Source: a virus
Virus record (IMG/VR): IMGVR_UViG_3300028635_000021
Coordinates: 1 to 37,726 of that record
Direction: 5' to 3' (one strand)
Length of the DNA: 37,726 nt
In this document: piece by piece, positions 24,040 to 32,377 of the stretch
Position numbering within the stretch: the first letter of the stretch is position 1
How the letters are laid out: each line of letters opens with the position of its first letter
Program-made: the position numbers and the translations under genes
Notes under the pieces: model-generated
Databases searched by the model: none
Told to the model about the DNA's origin: nothing
Seen by the model: only the letters and a program-made list of their open reading frames with translations

Positions 24040-25740
24040 TTAGGCCGCGGGCTTAATGTTCGAAGCCTCAGCTGCAATCGCAACCTCTTGCGCCGCCTGT
24101 TGTGCTTGTGCCTGCTGCTCCATGATCTGAGCTCTTTGCTGACGAATCGCTTCGATCTTATCTCGCGCGGCCAAGATCTCAGGTGGAGCGCCATTGTTCC
24201 GCGATAAGATCTCAATGGCTTTATCACCCTCGAGCCCATCAAGAACGTCCACATTGCCCTCAGCCTGAGCGATCATGAGTGCGTCCTGATATGTGCGGCG
24301 GATCCCGTTTGCCTCTTCTGCTTCCATCATGCGCGCAGCCGGCGAGAGGAACTTGATCTCGTAGAACTCTTTGCCGCCCAGAATTAGCTTTGCGATCTCA
24401 TCAGGGATGATCACCGGCTCTTCGCCTTTAGACATGGCGATCCTGTGCTCAATTGATCCCTCAATCAGTCCAAGTTTTCCAGCGCGGTACATGATCGATG
24501 TTGCACGCTCTGTGATGTTTTGAAGAACTAAGTTTTGGCGGCTAAAGACTTCGCCTAAAGATTCACCGCGAAGCTGAGCTCTGAATTGAACTTCACCAAG
24601 TGTCATCTCGGTCTGGTTGTTGAAGTCAATCAGGCGGTCGAGCATAAAGGCTGAATTGATGTTTGCCTTGATCTCTTCAATGGCCTTGTCCGCCTCTCTA
24701 ATATTGCCACCGTCGTAAAGCGGAAACACAGGTGGACCACCTTTAAGTTTGGCTGAAGCCTTAAAGATGTTGGTTGCACGCGGACTCATATCAAGCTTCG
24801 CATTACCTAAGATTGAATCCGAATACATCGCGGTTGGCGGCTCCAGTTGCATTTCAATTGCATACATTCTGGATTCTCTGAGCGCGTTTAATTCAAGGAT
24901 GTCGGGCAAAGCATTCATTGCAGGCGAGCGTCCATATGTTTCGCCTCTAAGCTTTTTGTGAAAGCCGACTTCCACCGGCATCTCAGGAAAGCCCGACTCC
25001 AGGATCTCATGCTTAGTGTCGCGCTCAACGTGGACCGATCTGATTGGCATATTGAGATTGGATAGGTTTCCAGCCTTCAAGTCTCTTCTGCGATCGATGA
25101 AGTGAATGATTGAGAACTTCTCTCCTAAAGTGTGCGGATTCTTTGCACGCTCCTGGAGGTTCGGGCTTAAGTTTTCCAATCCATAGGTGTCGATGATCTT
25201 GCGGAGCTCCCAGCAATACTCGCGCGAGATCTCAAGCAGTTGACCATCGCGCCCGTGGCTGATTCCCATCTCATCCACACCCCAAGCCTCAAAGCTTAAG
25301 TCGGATTCAGTGCCGGGCCATACGCCAAGGCCAGCGGTACCGAAGCAAAGCTCATCGGCCATATATTCAGAGTATGCGTTTGCAAAGCCAGCCTTAGGAT
25401 CATCGAGGGCTGCGCGCATCGTTTCATTAAAGAACTCGAAGTATTTCTTAACGTCGTTTGAAGCCTTTAGTTTTCTCGGCGGCTGCGCTTGAAAGGACTT
25501 AGAGCCTGAGCGCCAAAGCATTCCGATTAACGCGGCTGAAGACTTCGTACAGGCATCAACGCCTGTTGAGTCGAACAGGTTCTCGTTAAGCATTGAGCCT
25601 TCGGATTGCTTTGCAGTGAAGCCAAGCTTTTGTTGGCTTACGTACTCGCCCAATATTTGGAAGTACTCAAGCCATGGCATCTTGTTCTTCTTGATCTCAT
25701 CCGTACGCCGGACAACGTAAGCGCCTGTAGTTTCTTGCAT
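24040..25740 (-). CDS. Portal protein (podovirus head-to-tail connector type).
   Basis: 566 aa, downstream of the large terminase, with a C-terminal Gln/Ala-rich tail. Confidence 0.75.
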   Translation of the reverse strand: MQETTGAYVVRRTDEIKKNKMPWLEYFQILGEYVSQQKLGFTAKQSEGSMLNENLFDSTGVDACTKSSAALIGMLWRSGSKSFQAQPPRKLKASNDVKKYFEFFNETMRAALDDPKAGFANAYSEYMADELCFGTAGLGVWPGTESDLSFEAWGVDEMGISHGRDGQLLEISREYCWELRKIIDTYGLENLSPNLQERAKNPHTLGEKFSIIHFIDRRRDLKAGNLSNLNMPIRSVHVERDTKHEILESGFPEMPVEVGFHKKLRGETYGRSPAMNALPDILELNALRESRMYAIEMQLEPPTAMYSDSILGNAKLDMSPRATNIFKASAKLKGGPPVFPLYDGGNIREADKAIEEIKANINSAFMLDRLIDFNNQTEMTLGEVQFRAQLRGESLGEVFSRQNLVLQNITERATSIMYRAGKLGLIEGSIEHRIAMSKGEEPVIIPDEIAKLILGGKEFYEIKFLSPAARMMEAEEANGIRRTYQDALMIAQAEGNVDVLDGLEGDKAIEILSRNNGAPPEILAARDKIEAIRQQRAQIMEQQAQAQQAAQEVAIAAEASNIKPAA

Positions 25741-25749
25741 GTGGTTCCT

Positions 25750-25995
25750 TTAGGCTGCGATCTCGTCGCGAGCGATCAGATCTTTAAAGTCTTCATCACG
25801 CCCGATCTTCTTTAATTTCGCGCGCAAGGTTCTGCGATCCACACCTAGGACTTTAGCGGCTTGGGTTTTATTTCCCTCACACGCTTCCATGGTGGACAAG
25901 ATCACAAGGCGCTCAACCGCATCTAAGCTCATGCCGGGCTGAAGCACGATTGCGTTTGCTGGAAGCTGGCCGTTTGGAAGCTTTGGTGTACTCAT
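25750..25995 (-). CDS. Small Fis/NtrC-type HTH DNA-binding protein.
   Basis: ...LDAVERLVILSTMEACEGNKTQAAKVLGVDRRTLRAKLKKIG... matches the HTH_8 pattern. Confidence 0.7.
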   Translation of the reverse strand: MSTPKLPNGQLPANAIVLQPGMSLDAVERLVILSTMEACEGNKTQAAKVLGVDRRTLRAKLKKIGRDEDFKDLIARDEIAA

Positions 25996-26271
25996 TTAAA
26001 TCCCTCCAAGAGCTGCGCGTTTGGGCATAAGCGGGTTCTTGATTCCCATCGGTGCCGTTTGATTAAGTCCAAGGAATCCTCGGCGGCGCTCTTCTAAGCG
26101 CTTCTTCTCTTCAGCCGCGCGTGCAGCGTCGGCTTGGCCGGCGGCGATCGAATCGGAGTCATTAAGACCGCCGAGTTCTTTATGCGCCTGGTTCCCACTG
26201 ATGAGCCCGTAACCAAGATTGCCTGTAACGAAAGTACCAAGGGCTTGTAAGCCGCCTCTTTTTTTACCCAT
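25996..26271 (-). CDS. Hypothetical protein (91 aa).
   Basis: ORF abutting the terminase stop. Confidence 0.45.
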   Translation of the reverse strand: MGKKRGGLQALGTFVTGNLGYGLISGNQAHKELGGLNDSDSIAAGQADAARAAEEKKRLEERRRGFLGLNQTAPMGIKNPLMPKRAALGGI

Positions 26272-27822
26272 CTATCTTCCTTTTCTTAAGCGTGACCTAG
26301 TTTTCATATTTGATTCGCGCTTACCTGCAGACGCCGCATAGGAATTCGCGTGCTGAACGGGGTAAGCAAACGTGAGTGCAAGACTATCTGCCATGTCCGG
26401 GCTGAAGCCGAATTCCTTCTTGATCTTTTCTTTAGGCGTAAGAACTTTGCGGCTTGAGGAGTTGAGTTTGAAGTCAGGGATGATGGCTAAGTCTTGGTGC
26501 AGCTGATCACAATTCGGGATTGATACATGGCCGGCTAGCCAGTCTGCCATGTCACCATACATCTCAGCGCGTTTATTTAAATAGACTTGGGAGTTTGTTG
26601 CACTTTCGCCAAAGTGAACGCCGTGGACCACATCATCAAAGCCAAGCTCATGTAAGCGATCGATTGCGCCGTGACCATAGGCCACATCAATGAAGACGGC
26701 AGCTGGCTTGTGTTCCTTTATGTATGTTCCAACAATTCCCACAAGCTTCATCTCGTTCATCGTTTCGCCTTTAGACGGATCCCAAACGTGTTGCGCGGGC
26801 ACTTCTCGCCCACGACGGAATGTAATTACAGTTCTATCTCCGTCGCGTGCTGGATCAACCCCAAGGATGAGCGGTGCAGGCTTGTCGGTGATCTCGGATT
26901 GCCTGGCCTTCATGATATGCGTGGGCTTGATAAGTCCACCGCCTGAGACTTCAAATGCTTCGTGGACCGTTGCCGGGTACTCGCGCTTGAATGCATCGAC
27001 CGATTCAAGTTCGACAATCTTAGCCCTTCGCCAGGCCATTTGGCCTAACGACAGGTCATAAAGATCCCGGTACTCAAGCTCTTCTTGATTGAGTTCGAAG
27101 TCGTCTGGAATCTCGCGCGAATATTCCGGCTGCCAAAACCAAGGAACAAAGCAGAGTTGAAAGTCACCGCGTCCATTAAGCGCATCGATGGCCATCTGGT
27201 GAAACATATTGCCCATGCCGTTTGCCGTGGACTCTAACCAAATCTCAGTGCCACGAAGACCGGGAACGGTTTGAAGTGCACCCTTTCTGATGTCCTTTGT
27301 GTTTTCCCAGTAGGCAACTTCTGACCCATGAAACAGGCGGTTTGTTCTGGATCTTCCGGCCGCTTTACTGCCCGCCGTTGCCACTGCATATCTAGAGTCA
27401 AGATCCGCAAAGACCAGTTCCTTTTCGTTTGAGTGCGCGGTCTTCGGCCTGACTCGCGGATCAACGTTGTCGTGATAACGCTTCACCATCTCGAATAAGT
27501 TCTTAGTCGCATCGTCAAGGTGAGTGATGATGAAGGCGTTCGTTCCCTTTTGGCGTGTGGTCTTGTGATAAAACCTCGCCTCAATATATGTGGACATCCC
27601 TTGTTGGCGTCCTTTGACCACGATGATTCGAACCCAGCCGGTTTCCTGAAGTTGGCGTTCGGCCATGTCGTGGGCGTATTTCTGCGCGCGGTTAAGCTCG
27701 AGCGTTTGAATCACCCCGCCTTCTTTGGGCAGGATCTTAAGTGGTGAAACCTTCGCAAAGAACTCGAAGTCCGATTGAAGTCTGTGATGTGTTTCGATTT
27801 GGCGTGAGGTTAGGCGACTCAT
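26272..27822 (-). CDS. terL: Terminase large subunit.
   Basis: 516 aa. It has a Walker-A-like VVKGRQQGMSTY and a C-terminal nuclease-like half. It lies next to the small terminase and the portal. Confidence 0.85.
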   Translation of the reverse strand: MSRLTSRQIETHHRLQSDFEFFAKVSPLKILPKEGGVIQTLELNRAQKYAHDMAERQLQETGWVRIIVVKGRQQGMSTYIEARFYHKTTRQKGTNAFIITHLDDATKNLFEMVKRYHDNVDPRVRPKTAHSNEKELVFADLDSRYAVATAGSKAAGRSRTNRLFHGSEVAYWENTKDIRKGALQTVPGLRGTEIWLESTANGMGNMFHQMAIDALNGRGDFQLCFVPWFWQPEYSREIPDDFELNQEELEYRDLYDLSLGQMAWRRAKIVELESVDAFKREYPATVHEAFEVSGGGLIKPTHIMKARQSEITDKPAPLILGVDPARDGDRTVITFRRGREVPAQHVWDPSKGETMNEMKLVGIVGTYIKEHKPAAVFIDVAYGHGAIDRLHELGFDDVVHGVHFGESATNSQVYLNKRAEMYGDMADWLAGHVSIPNCDQLHQDLAIIPDFKLNSSSRKVLTPKEKIKKEFGFSPDMADSLALTFAYPVQHANSYAASAGKRESNMKTRSRLRKGR

Positions 27823-27861
27823 GCTGCGCCTCGATTGGACAATAAGATCAGCACGCTGACT

Positions 27862-28239
27862 CTATTCATCCTCAACCCCAATCTCATCAAGGAAGTCCAC
27901 ATACGTTCCACCAGCTTGAAGATCTTCGGTCTCAGCTGCAGGCCTGCCTTCTTCGCGGTCAAATATAAGAGCCGCGGCCTTTGGATTCTCAGCCGCTTGT
28001 TTCATCTGACCGAACACAATGCGGTCACGCTCAGTTAGTGGGCGGCCTAGCTTTCCTTCTAATACGCGCAAGATCTCTTTGTTGGGATCATCGTGAAGAA
28101 CAATCGCCGGCAACTCCATGATCTCTCTGATCACAGTACGAAGACGCTTTCCCTTTGGAGCTCCGGCAGGATTGCCAGACTGCCCAGGAGGAAACGGCTT
28201 GAGGTTTGTCAGTGACTTAGCGTTCTTCTTTCCTGCCAT
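27862..28239 (-). CDS. terS: Terminase small subunit (DUF5681-like).
   Basis: The start is placed at Met15. MAGKKNAKSLTNLKPFPPGQSGNPAGAPKGKR is the characteristic N-terminal motif. Confidence 0.7.
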   Translation of the reverse strand: MAGKKNAKSLTNLKPFPPGQSGNPAGAPKGKRLRTVIREIMELPAIVLHDDPNKEILRVLEGKLGRPLTERDRIVFGQMKQAAENPKAAALIFDREEGRPAAETEDLQAGGTYVDFLDEIGVEDE

Positions 28240-28402
28240 GTTTCTTCTTGTAAGGAGTGATGCATATTCCACACCATGCACGCGAGATCAGCGAGCCAAC
28301 CTCATTACCCCTTAACATCTTTGTGTTTTCGCCATCGGATACAGCAATTTCTGGAGAAGTTTCGAGGCCGCAATGTTCGCAATACTTTCGAAGTTCAATC
28401 AT
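28217..28402 (-). CDS. Small Cys-containing protein.
   Basis: MIELRKYCEHCG...AWCGIC... The start is placed at Met8 of the track ORF, overlapping the upstream stop. Confidence 0.45.
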   Translation of the reverse strand: MIELRKYCEHCGLETSPEIAVSDGENTKMLRGNEVGSLISRAWCGICITPYKKKHGRKEER

Positions 28403-28608
28403 CACTCGCCTTCCTTCCACCACTTAGGTGCGGTCATCGCGTAAGTACTAGAGCCTGAGGTCATGGGCTCTAAACATTCACGGCATTTGAAATGGTCTTT
28501 ACGCGAATAGAGTTTTGAATCGGCGGACGTGTACTCAACGCTCAACACAGTGTCGGTCTTTACCCAGTCGTGCTTGTGCTTGAGGATGGATTTCTGTTCG
28601 CCAGCCAT
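28402..28608 (-). CDS. Small hypothetical protein (68 aa).
   Basis: ORF in operon orientation, with ...HFKCRECLEP... Confidence 0.45.
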   Translation of the reverse strand: MAGEQKSILKHKHDWVKTDTVLSVEYTSADSKLYSRKDHFKCRECLEPMTSGSSTYAMTAPKWWKEGE

Positions 28609-28755
28609 CTATACCCACACCACATTGATATGATCGAAAATCCAAAAAACTAGTTCGATCAGCTTCCAGATCGCGAGAGGCCACGCAATGAAGGTGGAGA
28701 TCAGAACGAATTTATAGATGCCGTCAATAACGTCGCCAAAACTATTTCCGTACAT
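28609..28755 (-). CDS. Membrane micro-protein (48 aa).
   Basis: Hand translation MYGNSFGDVIDGIYKFVLISTFIAWPLAIWKLIELVFWIFDHINVVWV. It exactly fills the gap between its neighbours (TGATG overlap upstream; the stop abuts the next ATG). Confidence 0.45.
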   Translation of the reverse strand: MYGNSFGDVIDGIYKFVLISTFIAWPLAIWKLIELVFWIFDHINVVWV

Positions 28756-28955
28756 CATTCCTCCAATATAATTGCGATCACACGGCCATCGCGTGAGGTG
28801 ATCAATCCATACCCATGCTCATCGGGCGGCCACATCTCGGCGGCACCTTTGAACTGAACCCACATAAGACTCATTGCCTCGCCGGATGAATTAACGCGCG
28901 ATACATTTATGCGCTCACCCGGCTTCGCGTTGGGCTTATACTCTTTGACAATCAT
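28755..28955 (-). CDS. Hypothetical protein (66 aa).
   Basis: ORF in operon orientation. Confidence 0.45.
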   Translation of the reverse strand: MIVKEYKPNAKPGERINVSRVNSSGEAMSLMWVQFKGAAEMWPPDEHGYGLITSRDGRVIAIILEE

Positions 28956-29032
28956 TCAATTTCTTCGATGAGCATTAAGGCGAGCACCGTCAGTGAGATG
29001 CCGGCCGCCATGCCGATCCAGAACAAATCCAA

Positions 29033-29407
29033 TTAGGCTTTACCGAACTCAGCGGCACCAGCTTTGCCCTTACCCTTGCCTTTGCCTTTAGCCGGTGTTT
29101 TCACGGGCGCTTCGTCGGCTTTACCGAACTCTTGTGGTGCAGTCTCAACAGGAGCTAGGTCCGCCTTCTCAGGCTTTCCTTTGCCGCCCTTTAAAGTTTG
29201 GCTTTCAATCCCACACGTGCGAAGGCGTTTGAAGTTTGCAAACTTCTCTTTCAAGTACGGTTCGATAAGTTTGTTTTGAATCACTGAAAGCGCCTCGCCG
29301 TCGCATACATCTAGTTCAAACGTGGCTTCATAGAGTGCCTTTGGCTGAGCCTTATCTGTGGTGATGTACTCGCCCTTAACTCTGATGACATAGATCTGTT
29401 CTTTCAT
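29033..29407 (-). CDS. Hypothetical protein with a (KG)n C-terminal tail.
   Basis: 124 aa, ...TPAKGKGKGKGKAGAAEFGKA. Confidence 0.5.
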   Translation of the reverse strand: MKEQIYVIRVKGEYITTDKAQPKALYEATFELDVCDGEALSVIQNKLIEPYLKEKFANFKRLRTCGIESQTLKGGKGKPEKADLAPVETAPQEFGKADEAPVKTPAKGKGKGKGKAGAAEFGKA

Positions 29408-29416
29408 GTGGTCTCC

Positions 29417-29644
29417 TTATTGTTTTGGTACGTAAACTTGAATGATTTCGGCCTCGCTCACCCATTCGGACACGTGTCGCTCGCTTTGTTGATTGAACGC
29501 ATAATGAATTCCGTTTCGATCAATGCGAATCGCTGCAATCTTGGCGTAAATTTCATATCCTTCGGTGCGGATAGAGCTGTGCGGCGGATAGCCCATGAGT
29601 TCTACGACTTGACCCACCTGATACTTCGTTCTGATTACTGGCAT
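29417..29644 (-). CDS. Hypothetical protein (75 aa).
   Basis: ORF in operon orientation. Confidence 0.45.
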   Translation of the reverse strand: MPVIRTKYQVGQVVELMGYPPHSSIRTEGYEIYAKIAAIRIDRNGIHYAFNQQSERHVSEWVSEAEIIQVYVPKQ

Positions 29645-29884
29645 CTACTTCCCCTCCATTACAATCCAATCGAATGCGAGCAGAGCGGGCTGAGCTGGAA
29701 GCCACGTCTCTTTCTGTTCATCACGGCAAATCTCAATCACGCCGATGGCTGAAGGGTTCTCTTTGTTCACCACATACTTAAGGTGAACGCCGCTTGGCCA
29801 CTCTTTGCGGCGAACCTTATTGCCGGCGCGCAAGTGCCTGAGCGCACGCCCAAAATCAATGTGAAGTACAAGCTCACTCGCCAT
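29645..29884 (-). CDS. DUF2829-family protein (the family that includes Thoeris anti-defence Tad2).
   Basis: The start is placed at the ATG at 29884, behind agaggaagcc. MASELVLHIDFGRALRHLRAGNKVRRKEWPSG...TWLPAQPALLAFDWIVMEGK matches the FG-AL-L-G-KV-RK-W ... W-P-Q-LLA-DW-IV pattern. Confidence 0.7.
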   Translation of the reverse strand: MASELVLHIDFGRALRHLRAGNKVRRKEWPSGVHLKYVVNKENPSAIGVIEICRDEQKETWLPAQPALLAFDWIVMEGK

Positions 29885-30269
29885 GGCTTCCTCTAGTGCG
29901 AAGCCTAATGAGACCGGCACGGCAGCCATGAACGACGGATCGGAACACGTGGTCTTTAATCTGTTGAGCCTGAGGGAGATCCCCGAAAGCAACAAGGCAC
30001 GGGTGCGTCTTCTTGTCGGGATCTTTCGTCTCGCCATACACCCATCCTTGCTCGAGCTTCTCTTTCATCCACGATTCATGCGATGCGGGAGCCCAATGAT
30101 TGCCGGATAAATGGAGCTCAACGCCCTTGCGTGCGCTCTCTTTCTGCCAGGTCGGAGCCTTTGGCCAGGGCAGCTGAGAGTCGTCGCCTAGCGATTGGCA
30201 ATAGGCACGGTTTGCTTCATGACAAATGTGGGCGATCAAGTCGATGTCGTCTTTGCTGAATTTGTCCAT
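29874..30269 (-). CDS. RyR-domain protein.
   Basis: The start is placed at the ATG at 30269, behind ggaga. ...SHESWMKEKLEQGWVYGETKDPDKKTHPCLVAFGDLPQAQQIKD... matches the RyR (PF02026) pattern. Confidence 0.7.
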   Translation of the reverse strand: MDKFSKDDIDLIAHICHEANRAYCQSLGDDSQLPWPKAPTWQKESARKGVELHLSGNHWAPASHESWMKEKLEQGWVYGETKDPDKKTHPCLVAFGDLPQAQQIKDHVFRSVVHGCRAGLIRLRTRGSHGE

Positions 30270-30384
30270 TTCAATCTCCATTGTATGCGTTTAAATATTT
30301 CATCTTCTGTGTTTGCCTGCAGGATTTACAGAGCGAGAAGCCTTCATAGATTCCTGTTGTCTCGTTAAGCGTCTTTCGAACCTT

Positions 30385-30421
30385 GGCTCGCTGACATCCT
30401 AGGCAATTCTTGACCAGGACC
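30385..30421 (-). promoter_or_regulatory. Candidate late promoter B: GGTCCTGGT-N20-AGCGAGCC, 20 nt downstream of the sigma-factor stop and upstream of the RyR-to-terminase-to-virion gene string.
   Basis: It shares the 9-mer, the spacer length and the CGAnCC core with 22714..22750. Confidence 0.35.
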
Positions 30422-30440
30422 TTTGGGCGACTTCGGGTGG

Positions 30441-31196
30441 TCATTCACTGCATTGCCTCTGTTCAGAGCCTTCATATTCTTGGACAAGTCTGCGCAATCG
30501 AATCGCGTGTGTCGCAATAATTTGGCATACACGGCTTTCAGAAACTTGGAGTTGTTTGCCAATTTGTTTCATGCGCAAAGCTTCAAAGAAGTAGGCGTCC
30601 AATATTCTTTTGGTGCGCGGAGCTTGGCGCTCAATGTATGTGGCAACTAGTTCAAGAACACGCTTGTGGTGAATCTTGTTGATCAGCTTTTCTTCTGTGG
30701 TCTCGCCGCCGGTTACAACTTCCATTAAGGACTTGCGATCGATGTCTCGAATCGTGCCCTGATGCTCCATTGAAACCACGGTCAAGGGCTGAGCCATTGT
30801 TTCTAGGGTGAAGGCTTCTTCTGTGGAGCATCCGAGGTGCTTTCCAACCTCATCGATTCGTGGCCGGCGGCCGTATTCCATGGTCAAGAACTCAACGGCT
30901 CTATCGAATTCCTTTTGTCGATCGCGAACAGACCTGGGCGCAATGTCCACTGAGCGCAACTCATCAAGCATCGCGCCGCGGATGCGGAATTCTGCATAGG
31001 TCTTGAATTTGTTCTCGCGCTTGCGGTCGAACTTACGGGCAGCATCGATGAGGCCCGTGTTGCCGGCGGACACCAAGTCATCTCGTTCTATATTGGATGG
31101 AAGGCGCGCAATCATCTTGTCCGCGACAAAGCGGACCAGCTTCTGATTCTCTTCAATCAGTTCGAATTCATCCTTTAGTTCTTCGGCGGCGCTCAT
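30441..31196 (-). CDS. Sigma-70-family sigma factor of the FliA/sigma-28 type.
   Basis: 251 aa. Region 2 is DLVSAGNTGLIDAARKFDRKRENKFKTYAEFRIRGAMLDELRSVDIAPRSVR (compare E. coli FliA ...RIRGAMLDELRSRDWVPRSVR). Region 4 is LRMKQIGKQLQVSESRVCQIIATHAIRLRRL. Confidence 0.9.
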   Translation of the reverse strand: MSAAEELKDEFELIEENQKLVRFVADKMIARLPSNIERDDLVSAGNTGLIDAARKFDRKRENKFKTYAEFRIRGAMLDELRSVDIAPRSVRDRQKEFDRAVEFLTMEYGRRPRIDEVGKHLGCSTEEAFTLETMAQPLTVVSMEHQGTIRDIDRKSLMEVVTGGETTEEKLINKIHHKRVLELVATYIERQAPRTKRILDAYFFEALRMKQIGKQLQVSESRVCQIIATHAIRLRRLVQEYEGSEQRQCSE

Positions 31197-31396
31197 GCCG
31201 GTTCCTTTTCATCATCGATCGCATACTTCTTGCGCATCGCGATTCGCTTCTGGTGCTTGATGATCATCTCGATCACCGGCACTGTGCAGTCACCGATCAC
31301 AGCCAGGGCATCGACAGGTACACCCTTCTTGTGGGCTTTATAGATCTTCTCTGCGAGCTGGAATGGCACGCTGACCACGTAGCCCGAACTCATCAA
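31193..31396 (-). CDS. Hypothetical protein (67 aa).
   Basis: ORF overlapping the sigma-factor start by 4 nt. Confidence 0.45.
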   Translation of the reverse strand: MMSSGYVVSVPFQLAEKIYKAHKKGVPVDALAVIGDCTVPVIEMIIKHQKRIAMRKKYAIDDEKEPA

Positions 31397-31725
31397 GCCT
31401 TCTTCTTGCGGCGAACTGACGGCAGATAGGCCGCTAGCTTCTTAAGCATTCCGGTTTCTTTGGTCAGAAGTACGGTGATGTCTGTGAGAGCTTGATTGTA
31501 AGCCATGACCATAGACTTCTGAACGAGTCCGCCCGTGTGCTTTTGAAGTTGGGCATACTTTGCGACCATCGGTGCACGCTCACGCGCAATTGCCAGCGCC
31601 GCCTGGAGCTCAGGAGTTAGGGCTTCGATCCCGACAGCTGAGCCGGTCAGTGTGGACGCAGCTTTCAATGTTCTTCGATGGTACACAGATAGGACAAAAC
31701 GCTTCACCGCTTTGAAATACTTCAA
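31393..31725 (-). CDS. Hypothetical protein (110 aa).
   Basis: First ORF leftward of the divergent control region. Confidence 0.45.
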   Translation of the reverse strand: MKYFKAVKRFVLSVYHRRTLKAASTLTGSAVGIEALTPELQAALAIARERAPMVAKYAQLQKHTGGLVQKSMVMAYNQALTDITVLLTKETGMLKKLAAYLPSVRRKKKA

Positions 31726-31768
31726 TCAATCCCTCCTGGACTTGTGGTTTAAGCGTGAATTGGGCGCG

Positions 31769-31800
31769 GACAATTCTCGAACAATTGGTCAACAATTGTT
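31769..31800. promoter_or_regulatory. Three ACAATT repeats phased at exactly 11 bp (operator-like). The third lies within the palindrome AACAATTGTT.
   Basis: gACAATTctcgaACAATTggtcaACAATTgtt, with copies at 31770, 31781 and 31792, in the 120-bp divergent intergenic region. Confidence 0.5.
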
Positions 31801-31845
31801 TGAACTGGTCTGGAAGCGTGGCGGTGAACTGCGCATAATTTATGC

Positions 31846-32130
31846 ATGAGCACTGATAACGATGCATTCAGCAATCCCCCAAAGAGGAAGCCTTTGAAGC
31901 ATACCAATCAGTACATATCAGATGACCATGAAGCTAAGCTTGAGGTCCTTAAGCGGATCAACTTCAGGGGCACTACGGATCAAATGCGCCGGGTCCTTGA
32001 GAAGGAAATTGATCGGCTGTATGGCTTGGCTCAAATGATCGGCGGGGTGAAGCCTGAGCGCGTGGTGGAAAACACCACTCCGGATCTCTTCCTTGATCAC
32101 CGGAGCGCCTCTAAGGCCTTGGACACATGA
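31846..32130 (+). CDS. Putative ribbon-helix-helix regulator.
   Basis: 94 aa. ...KHTNQYISDDHEAKLEVLKRINFRGTTDQMRRVLEKEIDRLY fits a strand-helix-helix layout. CATAAT ends 7 nt before the ATG. Confidence 0.5.
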   Translation: MSTDNDAFSNPPKRKPLKHTNQYISDDHEAKLEVLKRINFRGTTDQMRRVLEKEIDRLYGLAQMIGGVKPERVVENTTPDLFLDHRSASKALDT

Positions 32131-32173
32131 TGCCAGAGTCTGTCATGAAGCCGCAAGACAGGGTCTAGGTTTC

Positions 32174-32377
32174 ATGGGTAAACGCCGCACAAAGTCCGCG
32201 CCCATCGTGGATGAAGTCACGTACACGCCTAGAATTGCCAAGGACAAGAGAAGCTTCGCGCTCCTGATGGAATCCACTCGCCCGAAGAGCTATTATGAAT
32301 ATTTGTCTTTTATGCAGGCGTGGGTTCACAACGAACTGAAGAAGTTGGGCGTGGAGCCGAAGGGCCCGGCGCAATAA
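32174..32377 (+). CDS. Small basic protein, possibly a second RHH-like regulator.
   Basis: The start is placed at Met28 of the track ORF (MGKRRTKSAPIVDEVTYTPRIAKDKRSFALLMEST...). The start is uncertain. Confidence 0.4.
   Translation: MGKRRTKSAPIVDEVTYTPRIAKDKRSFALLMESTRPKSYYEYLSFMQAWVHNELKKLGVEPKGPAQ

Noticed and set aside
29645-30037. Full 130-aa track ORF, whose Arg-rich N-terminus overlaps the RyR gene by 164 nt.
   Set aside because: The DUF2829 homology begins at Met52, which has a good GAGGA ribosome-binding site. The upstream extension is probably not translated.
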